Of a stretch of DNA of 64,000 bases, positions 39,841 through 51,813 are shown in pieces. Made by a program: the position numbers and the translations under genes. Under the pieces are notes generated by a model, which saw nothing but the letters and a program-made list of their open reading frames with translations, did not search any database and had not been told where the DNA came from. Each line of letters starts with the position of its first letter. The stretch's first letter is position 1. The DNA is from Bugula neritina (lineage: Eukaryota > Animalia > Bryozoa): NCBI GenBank assembly GCA_964035545.1, contig OZ037765.1:20212995-20276994 (forward strand), written 5' to 3'.

Positions 39841-41615
39841 TCCAAACTTATATAACTGCAGCAAAGTTTTATCATTAAATTACACTCATCCCTGAGGTAG
39901 TATGGCAGCCTGCCATTAATGATAACCTTTTAAAACAAACCCTAAATTTCCCAACTGCATGCTACCCTTGTAGTACTAGAAACGAAATCTGCGAGAAGTA
40001 AAATCTAGGTATAACACAAAGCATAAAATGAGCATACAGCAGTGCCCACAAAAACCCTAATTATGCTTGAAATAAGCTTTAAATTGACAGCCTTCCATGA
40101 CATAACAGACAACAATCAAACAAATTAAACACTATTATGCTGTTGATGTGAAAATTAAGCCAAACAACGATAAAAGTTAATAATATGAATTGAAAGTGAT
40201 CGGCTGAGTTCAGTGAAAAAAATGTGGCTCATATAAATTTTATTGCCAACATTACAGTAACTACCACAGGTGTTTAACTGGTAATATTTTCAGGCAACTA
40301 ATACCATTGATATGACCACTTGATATGACCACTAATGGAGTTATAATGATATTAATAGATATTAATAGATATTGATATATTCGTAATATTAAATTATTTA
40401 ATAACACACTGATGGTATTTAATTAGTATAATCACGTACAGTTATTGACTAAGATCAAGATTTAAATTTATGTATTATAATCACATATTTCACTACATCA
40501 TATGTTAATGTTAAAGGCATAGGGATAATTACTAAGGACAGAGAACAGCCTAGTCAAGAATAAGTATAACCATAATAATATAACCATATATGATAATCAT
40601 AATGATAGTAAACAATTAGACATTTAAATTTGAATGATTGATAGTATAATCCTTGAATCTCCTAAATGTAATTTAGTCATACCAATACTTGTACTAATAG
40701 TAATAGTAATAGTAATACTAATAGTCTTAGTAATACTAATACTAAATATTAATACATATATTTATAACTTAGTCATATAACTTATAAGTTATACTAATAG
40801 TAATACTAATCTAATACTTATACTTATAGTTAATGTTATACACTACAGTATAACTATAACTTATAGTTATACAGTTGATGTTATACTATAAAACTAAAAG
40901 TAAATGCAACACTATTACTATTATTATTACTGTTACCATTAGTATTACTATCACTATGAGTATGAGTATCACTATCAGAGTATGTGACTATCACTATGAG
41001 TATTAGAAATAGTATCAGTATGTCTATTACTATTACTATCAGTATTAGTATTACTATTAGTATTACTATTAGTATTACCATTGTCTATTGGCATTAGATT
41101 TAGTGATGAGACTTAGTATTACTATTAGTATTACACTTACTCTTACAGTATTACTTCATTATGATTATCATTACGGTTATCAAATATCAATATCTTATAC
41201 CATTATCAATATCATTATCATAATGATAATTCATATTGATATTATCAATATAAATATTATATCAAGATTTTCATCATCATATTATATCATTATGATTCAG
41301 ATTATCATTATGATTATGATTATCAAATTCAATATCGATATGAATATTGAATATCAATATGAATATCATTATGATTATGATTATTATAATTATCATAAAA
41401 ATATATTATTAAATTTAAATATGATATTATTAAATTTTTCAGAATAAAATAATATTATAACGAAAATAAGCAGTCATACCTATCAATAGTAGATTGTGCT
41501 ATTGTGGTGGCACTACAAAGTTCAAGCTATGGAGCTACTAGTACTACAGAGTTTTAATTAAAATTAGTTCAATGTTATTACCGAGTATGACTGGGGGAAA
41601 ATTCAGGACACTGAA
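39841..41615 (-). other. Probable TRAK 5' UTR exons (~41480-41615 and 39841-39926)
   Basis: Donor AG|GTATGA at 41479, an Inr-like TCAGT near 41614 with TGCGCATG just upstream, and a second exon bounded by AAAG|G and GA|GTAAGT that contains upstream ATGs. Confidence 0.5.
40690..41450. repeat. Degenerate hexamer-periodic low-complexity tract (AGTAAT/ACTATT/ATTATC) in the TRAK first intron
   Basis: Clear 3/6-nt periodicity. It produces the spurious Ile-rich ORFs 40881-41081 and 41088-41447. Confidence 0.85.
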
Positions 41616-42073
41616 AAGAACATGCGCAAGAGCACAACCATGTAAAGTCAAACGCTTGTCAAGATAACTCCAATTATTATATCGCCGACTCCGTTGATTG
41701 GTATATAAATATTTTGTATGAATGTTATACTATGAAATGCCAGATGAACAATCGGAAGTACTAAACTGGAGGCCTCCAAGACTATATTATTATGGCTTGC
41801 TGGCTCTTGACAAAACATTTCAAACCTAACTTTGAGCTGCATCTACTGCATAGTAGATTAGTAGGTATATTAATATGCAAAAGCTGAAGTAATAATATAC
41901 AGTATAGGCCTGCTGCATACCTGATACATTCTACAACCAATACTTCCTATTAGAAGTTGATCTATGCAACATTTAAAAAATTGCTTCATTATTAAGCTCA
42001 CCCCACTCAACACAGATGCTAGGCCACATGTTAGAAATTCCAAATTACTCTACAAAATAGTTGAGTAGACATT

Positions 42074-42842
42074 CACCGGCTTTCCATGTACCGATCTCAG
42101 ATCGATCTCAGTGAGATCGATCCATGGAAAGACGCAAAAGATCGATCTCCGTCGATCTGAGCTGGTCGGTCTGTAGAGCTCGAACTCAGATCGATCTCAT
42201 GACCATGGAAAGACGCCAGATCGATCTGAGAAGTAGAAAAAGACTGCGCGCTACAATGTTGTCTGCTAATAAAAATGATAACTTATTGATAATTACTAAA
42301 CAAAGTATTAAATAATCATGATAGCCACTTTTTCAGATGCCAAAACTTTGACTTTCAGTACAATGATTCAGAAAACTCAATTATATGCAGTAGAAGGTAA
42401 AAAAAATGGGAAAATTTAAATTGAGTTTAAAAGACTATCAAAACTTAGTTTCATTAGCTATTTTCTTTGTAATTTTAAGCCTAACAGTCCTGTAAGTTTA
42501 TTAATAATCTGCAACACATCCATTAATTTTATATAAGCTGTCAAGCTAAAAAATTAAAATTAATTATTTTAAATTGGCCAAATTACCATACACTGAAAGC
42601 TTTGCTGCGTATAGTTTATAGCTGGGATTAAATTTTAGACTACTACCATCTTGTTTTCAACAGTAGTAGCTTTAATCACTCAAATAGGTGAACAAATTAT
42701 AATTTTAAAGTATCCTTCACTTAAGAGGAGGCAACTTCGCGAGATCGATCTGACACTCTCATGGAAAAACGATCGATCTGAGCACATTTCTCAGATCGAT
42801 CTTAGCGAGATCGATCTGAGATCGGTACATGGAAAGCCCGTG
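42074..42842. mobile_element. Non-autonomous DNA transposon (MITE), CACTA/CMC-like
   Basis: 36-bp TIRs CAC(C/G)GGCTTTCCATGTACCGATCTCAGATCGATCTC with 1 mismatch; 3-bp TSD ATT (42071-42073, 42843-42845); repeated subterminal AGATCGATCT palindromes; AT-rich non-coding core. Confidence 0.88.
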
Positions 42843-43774
42843 ATTATTCAAGTAATGATCATGACAAAACTTCAATCTCTGTAAACTCTGCTTCTGTTAA
42901 TGAAAAGGCTTTTAAGAAGTATGCTGAGAGAAAATATATAACAGAAAGAAATTATGTCTTAAAAAGTATATGACCAGTCTGTGGAGTTTATATATGAAGT
43001 AAGTTGTTTATTCTTCTGGCAAGAGAAAGTATATGTATTTAAAAATTGTTAAGTTTAGTGCACATGGAAAGCATTTTTGCAGTCTATAATTATATATTTA
43101 ATGAAATGACAAAATACATATATCAATAATAATTGGCAAAAATAATTCAGGAATTTTACTTTTTTGAACCATAAAGGTATGTTATCTTGCTTCAAAATAA
43201 ATTTCAAAAATAGATCATCTATAAACATACATAAACAAAACTCTACAATAACCGAACTTTAATTTACTATTTGTATACTTTACAGTTTTTATGTTGAGGA
43301 TGGCTCATTGATTATATCATAAAATAAATTTAAGAAAAAATATTGCTTAAACAAATAATATTTTTATATAGCAGGCAGCTTTTTTAGATTTTCATCTGTA
43401 AACGCCACTGCATACTAAATTAAATATTATTATGCTGTTGTAAAATACATTGAAAAGTCAATATCTTTAGAGTTTAGATGATAGCTTTGTTTTTGACTTT
43501 TAAAAATTGGCTTCTGAAAGGGATGTTAACTTATTCAACATATGGATGACAATGTAGTCAAATTTTGCTAAATCAGGGTAAAGTATTTACAAACTCCACT
43601 TGAGCTATTAACATAAAATATTTTTTTTATAAATACTGGTAATAATGTGTTTTTTCTTACACTTTGTGATGGACTGGAGATAAATTTCCCTACCCAAAGC
43701 AAAGTATACCCCTGAATACTTATGTATGTCAGCCTACCAACCGTATATTAAGACAGTAATTAAATTTCTAGCAT

Positions 43775-43970
43775 TAGTTAGGCTATTTGGCTTAGTGAAC
43801 ATTAAGGCATGGGTTTGAACCTAACAAAGGCCATTGGTGATGTTAGGAAGAGCATCCAGTCATAATTGTTCCTGTGCCCAATCTAAATAATTGCGTCTTT
43901 TTCCCGATTTAACACAAAGCCTTTTCCATCAGGGGTTTCTCACAGGGATGGCGACTATAAATTTGTGTGC
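43775..43970 (+). mobile_element. SINE-like interspersed repeat, copy 2
   Basis: B-box-like GGGTTTGAACC at ~43811; homologous to 10150-10345. Confidence 0.6.
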
Positions 43971-44928
43971 GTATAATTTAAATTTCTTGCATTAGGTATC
44001 ATTTTTCTTATTTTAGGACAATCAATTTTTATAATTTATTGTCTTAAAATAGAAGTAAATTTCAACACTCATTGTATTATATTGGAGTTGTTCCCTGGCA
44101 CTTGCAACTTTATATGCCAACTCAATACTAATTATTATTATTAGTTATTATGCTTCCATATAATCAACACTTTGACATTTGTGAAATCAATTGCATATGT
44201 ATGAGCATGTTTTCACACCCTAATTAACTATAATAATTATTGGCATTTTATAATGAATGAAGCATACATATATATGTTATGGGAAAGCTCAATACTGAAC
44301 ACTGTTGAGCAAACTTATAATATCTCAATATGATCCTTATTATTTTATGTAATAACAACTAATTTTTATTGTAGGTCTGAGAATTTAGTTGCTATTTTTT
44401 GATATTTTATAATGTAAATAAGCATTTTGTTACCTTTGCTATAATTTTGCTATGCTTGTGAACTTAATTGAAATGCAACCCATTTGTTATTTTATAACCA
44501 TGTAACATTTTTACACTTTCGCTGTGATTATTGGCACTTTTTAAAAATAAAATACTATTATATAAAAGCTTTTACCAAATTTATTTTATTTGATTGGCAA
44601 ACAGAACAGATTACAACAAAATAAGCATATTTGAAAAAAAAACTGCTCAAGTGATATTATAAATAACAAGTGTTCAAAGCTCAAATACTAATTTCATAAT
44701 TTATAGCTGTACTTTCTCTGTATACTCTATAGTCTGTAAGACAATTGTATAAGAATCTAGATTGTCTTCTCCTGAATACTAGACATTATGGCTGTATAGA
44801 TTACAGTATATCAATGATATTCACTTCACTACCAACATTCATCACTGTCTTGGCTGTCAGCATGCACTACATCTACATACACTGTGTTGATCTTGTCTTA
44901 CTTGGAGTTGTCATACCAATTACTTTTT

Positions 44929-45608
44929 TCATACAGCCTCTGTTCTTATAATTTGAGTAGGCTTTCTAGCAGTCTGTAATTATAACATACAACTCATTAC
45001 CAGATAATACTAAAAAGTGTAACACAACAAGTTATCAAGTTCTCAAACTATCGAAGTGTTATTTAAAAGAATCATGGTTGTTTTACAAGTAATAAACATA
45101 CATTTAATTTTGCCTTTGCACCAACTCCATTAATACTTTTATAAATCTGTATAGCTATCTTTCTTCTTTCAATAATTCATTGTAAATATATAATTACGAA
45201 ACATGATTTTAAACTATAATAAGTTGTTTACCTGTGTCAATATAACTGTCATCAACTTGGTGAGCTGTGACTTTGATATGATTGAGTTATTGTATAATTT
45301 CTGTATGACATTCAACTCCTGCTCCATCTCTATTCTTTCTTCCTGTTGTAAATTACCAAAGCGTTTCATGAGTTTTGATATTAAATTGTAGTTGTAGAAT
45401 CAGTATTATTTATAATTCAAACTATAGTGAAATATTTACTTCTCAAAATAAAAATTCAAATCTATTAAAGTAATATTTAGACATGACGTGAAGATAAACA
45501 CAACATTTTACTCACTGCTGACTTATTCTGTAAAACTCTCTTAATCCACATTCTCTCTCCTTTACCAAACACAGTAAATGAGTACACAGTAGTTGAAGTG
45601 ATAGACAT
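44929..45608 (-). CDS. Uncharacterised 82-aa protein, copy A; exons 45516-45608, 45232-45342, 44929-44973
   Basis: Spliced translation MSITSTTVYSFTVFGKGERMWIKRVLQNKSA/EERIEMEQELNVIQKLYNNSIISKSQLTKLMTVILTQ/TARKPTQIIRTEAV*. Phase-0 GT-AG introns, AATAAA near 44590, and the structure is conserved in paralog B. Confidence 0.8.
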
Positions 45609-47696
45609 GATGAGTGATAATATTAGTTCAGTAAATCTCTGCTCAATAAACTCTCTTGGCTGATGCAAATCAAGTTTGTGACTTTGTGTTGTCGGAGTTA
45701 TGTTTTTGATTGTTGAGTGTAATGAAGTTAGCAATGCATTAAAATTTGAATTTTAAATACTGAATATATGAAATAATATATTCATGTTCTAGATATTATT
45801 TTGTTATGTTTATACTGAAAATTTATCATGGTGAACGAATTAAGTCAATTATGTACATTGTAACAATGATTGGAGCTAATAAAAGTACGGTGATAAATAA
45901 TTTAATTAAAACCTTCTATGCATGTACGTACTGTTTTATTTCTCATGCTTTAAATTTAAACGTTTACAATTATTGAAATCAAACAGGTTTTGCAGGCTGC
46001 ATGTTCCACAGATATGTTAATATATTATTTCTTTTAATTTGTAAAACTTTTTATAATTTAGCATGATAAAGTTTTTTCTTGCTATGTCTTTGAAGCAATG
46101 TATTTTTTAAGCTGCCTCTGATAAAAAAATTAATCTATGAGAGTAAATTCTGTCTGTTCATATTATATACAACAATTTTATATATAATGCCAATTTATAG
46201 AACTAAATAATTAAACAAAGTATAATAAACTGTGCCAAATTTTAGTGAATGAATGCACTGACATAGCTTGATCACCAGAAAAATATGTATTAATATTATT
46301 TAGCACTCAAAACTTTTAGATGAAATTCACAGTACAGCACTATACGTGCACTGCATTCATGCTGATTGATAATTGTTTTTCATAAATCTGGTGTGTAAAA
46401 TGCATCAGACCACCTGATACTATTCATCATAATGTAGATACAACCATTGACAGATTTGCCTAATCTGCAACATGAACAAAAATCTAACATCATTTTCTTC
46501 GTCTCACATGTATCATGAAAACACTGCATCACTTGTAAATATTTATAATTCATTGTTGGAGCTCTTATTAAAATGGAGTTTTAATAGCTAGCTATACATT
46601 CTCAATATGATCTCTAACACATATAAATTCAGCCTGTATGTATGTGTTCTCTTAAATCTGCCTTTTTAACTCATTCAACTAATTTTTTTCTTTTTCTCAA
46701 GTTACAGTAAGTTATTTAATTTATAATAATTAAATATGTCTGAATTAAATTAGAACTACATAATCATCTCAAATTGTCATAACAATAGTTGATACTTGTA
46801 ATATAATATAATGTCTAAGCTGGCAGATCAGTTTGTTAAATCTGTATTAGAATGATAAAAATAAATCAGAAACTAATGTATATGATTACAATATTTAATA
46901 AACGTGTGTGGTGCATAATTTAATTAGATTGTCTAATGTGCTATTATATGCAAAATGCAGCCTACTTTCCTACTTTAGCAATGTCATTGCTTTACACAGT
47001 TTATAAGTTATATCTGCAAGATAATAATCCAAGAGTATATACCATTAAGCATAAAGCCAACAACATATACGTATAATCAGTAACATAATATAAGATCTTT
47101 AAGCACAATAGCCTCAATGCTTTAGACATGTGTCTTTGTTTAAACAAAAATAAAATGCTAGTGTTTCATTTACAAGTAGTAAGCTGAAAAAAAAGCGACA
47201 TTCATTTTATAAAGAATAAATTATACCCCAAATACAATTCCTGCTTTTACTTGTTGAGCTGCATGCTTGTATCAAAGATGATCTATACCTGAACTTTAAC
47301 CCTTTGGCTTGTATTGTAGCGTGTTATGTAGTGATTAGTTATAATATTTGTATTTGTTATCAACTCACTAAATTAAGTTTCTTGCTTGGCTTGATTGCCA
47401 TGTTAGCTCCAGCTCCTTTTTTAATAAGCTGTAGTGTGTGTAGGTAGGCCGATATATGTCAAACATTTGGTTACTTGTCTGTAAAGTTGTTCATAACCCT
47501 GTTACCTCATGAACACTCACCCTAGTCTCTGATGCATTATAATGCAATGCACTCTCACTCTACACGATTCTTTTAGACAACCTCTATGCAATAATTATAT
47601 TGTATATACGAATCAAACTATACACAACCATCCAAACCACACTATAAATTAGGCTCCATATTACTGTCAATTCACTTTTAGTTATGCTTTCCTTCT

Positions 47697-47697
47697 C

Positions 47698-47743
<46 letters not shown>
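47697..47743. repeat. Poly-C/(CT)n microsatellite
   Basis: A C run followed by about 17 CT units. Confidence 0.95.
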
Positions 47744-47747
<4 letters not shown>

Positions 47748-48800
47748 AAGAGCTGTGAGCTGTAACACTACAGATTATATATCAATTAAAAGTTATAATA
47801 TATAACAATTTCTGATGCTGGATTTAGTTTTGTCAATATTTTAATTAACTTGGATTTTGTAATTCTGGCTTGGACATTACATTTGAACATATATATTCGT
47901 TAGCCATATTTTAAATTATAATGCAAGTTTTCTCTATCACCAGTTATGCAAACATGTTTTGCCAATATATGCTTATTTATGACAGTACTGTGCTTCAACT
48001 TCATGTTTTAGTCATTAACATAATTAGCCTATATTAACCACTCTTTTGTTTCTATAGTAAGCCAAGTTTAACTTTTTTAATTACAATCTGAAAGATAACT
48101 TATAAATAAAAATATCACACTCCCTTTTCAAAAATCATAACAAAAATGCCATTTAAGGTGCAGTAGTGGTGAACTTTCTATAGCTTGAGTTTTTTGTTTT
48201 CTCATTAAGTTTTGGTTTTGTACATGAATTGAAGTTGTTGAAAAAAAGCATAATTTATTATGATAAATTTTTAATCTAAAACGCAGGCTTTTCTCAAAGT
48301 TCTCCATAATACTGCATTGTACCTGAAAAATGCAGTATAACAATCTACCTTACAGCAATAAAGATAATTAGGCTGCAGTGCAGTAAATAATTTGCTAGAA
48401 TAGATGGTGAAGCTGAAAATATTTTCATTTATGCACGTGTTAAAAATATTGGCAAAATTTTAATAACCTGAACTAAAGTATAAAATCAGATCAAGAATGT
48501 TAACTCAATTACCTTTTCGTTAAAAAAATTAGAAATACGAAGCTAGTTACATACACATATGGATCAGCCTGGAGAATATCTAAAAAAAAATAATATTATA
48601 CAGAAATTCAAAAAATACCAAATTCAATTACCCTAATGAGCAACAAAAATATTTTAAATACAAATTTTAATACAATGCTAACTTCATTACACTCAACAAT
48701 CAAAAACATAACTCCGGCAACACAAAGTCACAAACTTGATTTGCATCAGCCAAGAGAGTTTATTGAGCAGAGATTTACTGAACTAATATTATCACTCATC

Positions 48801-49458
48801 ATGTCTATCACTTCAACTAATGTGTACTCATTCACTGTGTTTGGTAAAGGAGAGAGAATGTGGATTAAAAGAGTTTTACAGAATAAGTCTGCAGTGAGTA
48901 AAATGTTGTGTTTATCACTACGTCATGACTAAATAAGACTATATATTATTTGATTTGACAATTTTCACTTTTGAATTTTCTACTAGTTTAAACTATAACG
49001 TGTGACTTGATATTAGAAAACTCATAAAATATTCTGATAATTTACAACAGGAAGAAAGAATAGAGATGGAGCAGGAGTTGAATGTCATACAGAAATTATA
49101 CAATGACTCAATCATATCAAAGTTACAGCTCACCAAGTTGATGGCAGTTATATTAACTCAGGTAACCAGCTAACTATAGGTTGAAAATGTTTTTTCTGTA
49201 ATTATATGAGTGATGCACATATTGTATTGTTGAAAGAAGTTAGTTATGCAGATTTATAAAACTAAAAGTAACTAGAGTTAATACAAAGGCAAAATTCAAT
49301 GTTTGCCTATTACTTGTTAAAACAACCACGGTTTCTTTTAAATAACACTAAAAATTTGAGAAAATTTTGTCTTACCATATTATCTGACAACGGGTTGTAT
49401 GTTATAATTACAGACTGTAAGAAAGCCTACTCATATTGTTAGAACAGAGGCTGTATGA
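48801..49458 (+). CDS. Uncharacterised 82-aa protein, copy B; exons 48801-48893, 49051-49161, 49414-49458
   Basis: Spliced translation MSITSTNVYSFTVFGKGERMWIKRVLQNKSA/EERIEMEQELNVIQKLYNDSIISKLQLTKLMAVILTQ/TVRKPTHIVRTEAV*. Donors GTGAGT and GTAACC, CAG acceptors, AATAAA at 49761. Confidence 0.8.
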
Positions 49459-50869
49459 AAGTGTTTGGTATGATAACTCCAAGTAAGAAGAGATCAACAC
49501 AGTGTAAATGTAGTACATGCTGACAGCAAACATAGTATTGATGTGGAGAGTAAAGTGAATATCATTGATATACTGTGATCTAGTTGATATTCAGGAGAAG
49601 ACAATTTCAGTTTCTATATAACTGTGTTAAGAGTATAACTATAACATGGAGAATGTGCAAGCTAGTCATGACATTAGTATTAAGCTGTGAACTACTATAG
49701 TGTCAAATATCAGTTTTTAGACATGTTTATTTTGTTGTAATCTGTTCTTTTTGCCAATTGAATAAAATATACTTGGTAAATGTTCTGCTATATACATGCA
49801 TATTCAATTGATACAATGTGCCAATAATCATAGCAAAAGTGGAAAAAAGTATTCACATAGTTGTTATATAGCAATTTGATAATATTATGTCTAATATATT
49901 AACTAGCAACAAACAATGTTCATTTATTATAAAACATTATAAAATATAGCAGCTGAGTTCTTAAACATAAAGGGAATGATTAGCTACATGAAATAAGAAT
50001 ACTATAATGAGAAATTAAATAAGTTCGTTTAATAGAGTTAATTATTGAGCTCTCCTAAGACATGTATTTTTCTTAGCTTGTCCTAAAATACCAATTATTC
50101 TAGTAATACAACTGGTTTCACACATACGAAAGGGTTCATTTTATGGCATCAAAAAAATAACAATTAAATTAGTATCCAGTTGATATAATGTATATGTATA
50201 TTAAACCATTTGCAGGCTATATTTTGTAGCCTTGGGTAAAACTGGTACAGTTTGTGAGTTAAATTTTGGGTACAAAATTACAAAAACTTTAAACATGTCT
50301 TTCAAACTTTGAACCTGAACTAAAATGGTTGAAATATTAATATCATAATTTTTCAACTGTATTAATAACTTCACCATAAAGTGCACCCACGCTGATGCAG
50401 ATATCTATGAATAGGTTTAAAAATTAAAAGCTGAACAATACATGGTGACACCATGCTGGAGTAGCACCACTAACTAATGTGTATTTGCACACAAAGGCAT
50501 AATATTATTGTAATACCAATATTCATTTTATAAAGACATCATTAGATAACTATTATTATGTATTTTCGGTGGTAAATAGCATCAGCTCGTATTAAGACCC
50601 ATCCTTACGCAGCTTGGTAGGTGCTATACAACAATGTTGGTCATAGCATGCTTCTTCTTTATTGCATTGTTGTTGTACAATGTTGATCCACTGAGATGGT
50701 CAAGAAAACTAACTCTGTAGGATTTTTCTTAAAAGTTCCTAGTATGACCTGAGAATTAATTTTGATTTTATAGTGTTCACAAAATAAATTCGATGGAGTA
50801 TTGTATTATTTTATTTAGAACACTGAAAATGGGATGGGTATTCTGATTCAGTGATATAGCTATAATCAT

Positions 50870-51215
50870 AATGGAAGCGCAATCAAAAAACCGGTTTACA
50901 TGGCGGCAGAATAATTTTACGAGTATGTCACGCGGATCAATAAACGGCGCGTAATTGTACAGATTCAAAACAATCTTCGGTTATCAATTTGACGTCAACA
51001 GTAATATCACGTTTCTGATTTGTTACTCGCTATTTTTAAAAAATACATCCACATTACTAATAAAACGTCTTCAGTCATGCATTAGCCATGAGTGGCTTTT
51101 AAAAGAAATCAACTTCTAGCTTAAGCCTTAACGTTTCACCTTTACCACTATAACTATAGTTTGACTTTGACACGCACACTGACACTGGCAGTTTCTTCCA
51201 GTTCCTGAGCCTCGG
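50870..51215 (+). promoter_or_regulatory. Putative MKI67 promoter and non-coding first exon
   Basis: Locally CpG-rich. YY1-like ATGGCGGC 50900-50907, E2F-like GGCGCGTAA 50946-50954, CHR-like TTCAAA 50964-50969, CRE TGACGTCA 50990-50997. Donor GG|GTAAGT at 51216 and acceptor at 51796. Confidence 0.55.
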
Positions 51216-51219
51216 GTAA

Positions 51220-51795
51220 GTCACTCTAAAATTCACTCTGAGTCTGATAGTGATACTCATACTGATAGTGATAGTGATACTCATACCGGCTTAAAGTTTA
51301 ATAGAACTAGAAGTAGTACTAGTTGAATGCAACCTCAAATTGAAATTAAATTAGATTAACTTTTACTTTTAGTGTCTTTAACCATAATGAGTTAACATGA
51401 TTTATTTGCTATAGTATCTGTATTGGCTATTGCATTTGCAACTCACCAACTTTAACTTTATCATTGACATTATGATTATGATTATCAATATGAATAAGGA
51501 TTCAATTCAATAATTATTATGAACTGTAGCTAATACTAATAGCATTACTATTACTATTAGTATTAGTAATACTACTGCTAGTAGTAGTGATTACTGATAG
51601 TGGGTCAAATTAGTATTACTATAACTATTACTATTAGTATTAGTATTACTACTGTATTACTATTAGTATTAGTCTATTACTATTACTATTAGTAATAGAC
51701 TAATACCTATACTTATGCTATTGCTATAACTATTAGTACAAGTATTACCATTAGTAATAGTATCTATATTACTATTAATTTTTTATTTACTTATA
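51220..51795. repeat. Degenerate hexamer-periodic tract (ACTATT/AGTATT/AGTGAT) in the MKI67 first intron
   Basis: Periodic runs at 51220-51285 and 51460-51795. Confidence 0.8.
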
Positions 51796-51813
51796 GTTAG
51801 TATTAATGAACCT

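Noticed and set aside
40881-41447. Ile/Val-rich ORFs resembling membrane proteins
   Set aside because: Artefacts of the hexamer low-complexity tract.
42124-42884. ORFs inside the MITE as a transposase
   Set aside because: Short, derived from subterminal repeats, and without catalytic motifs.
45477-48932. Single-exon ORFs 45477-45734 and 48636-48932 as the real proteins
   Set aside because: Both run through a conserved GTGAGT donor into intron; the spliced 3-exon model explains the conservation pattern better.
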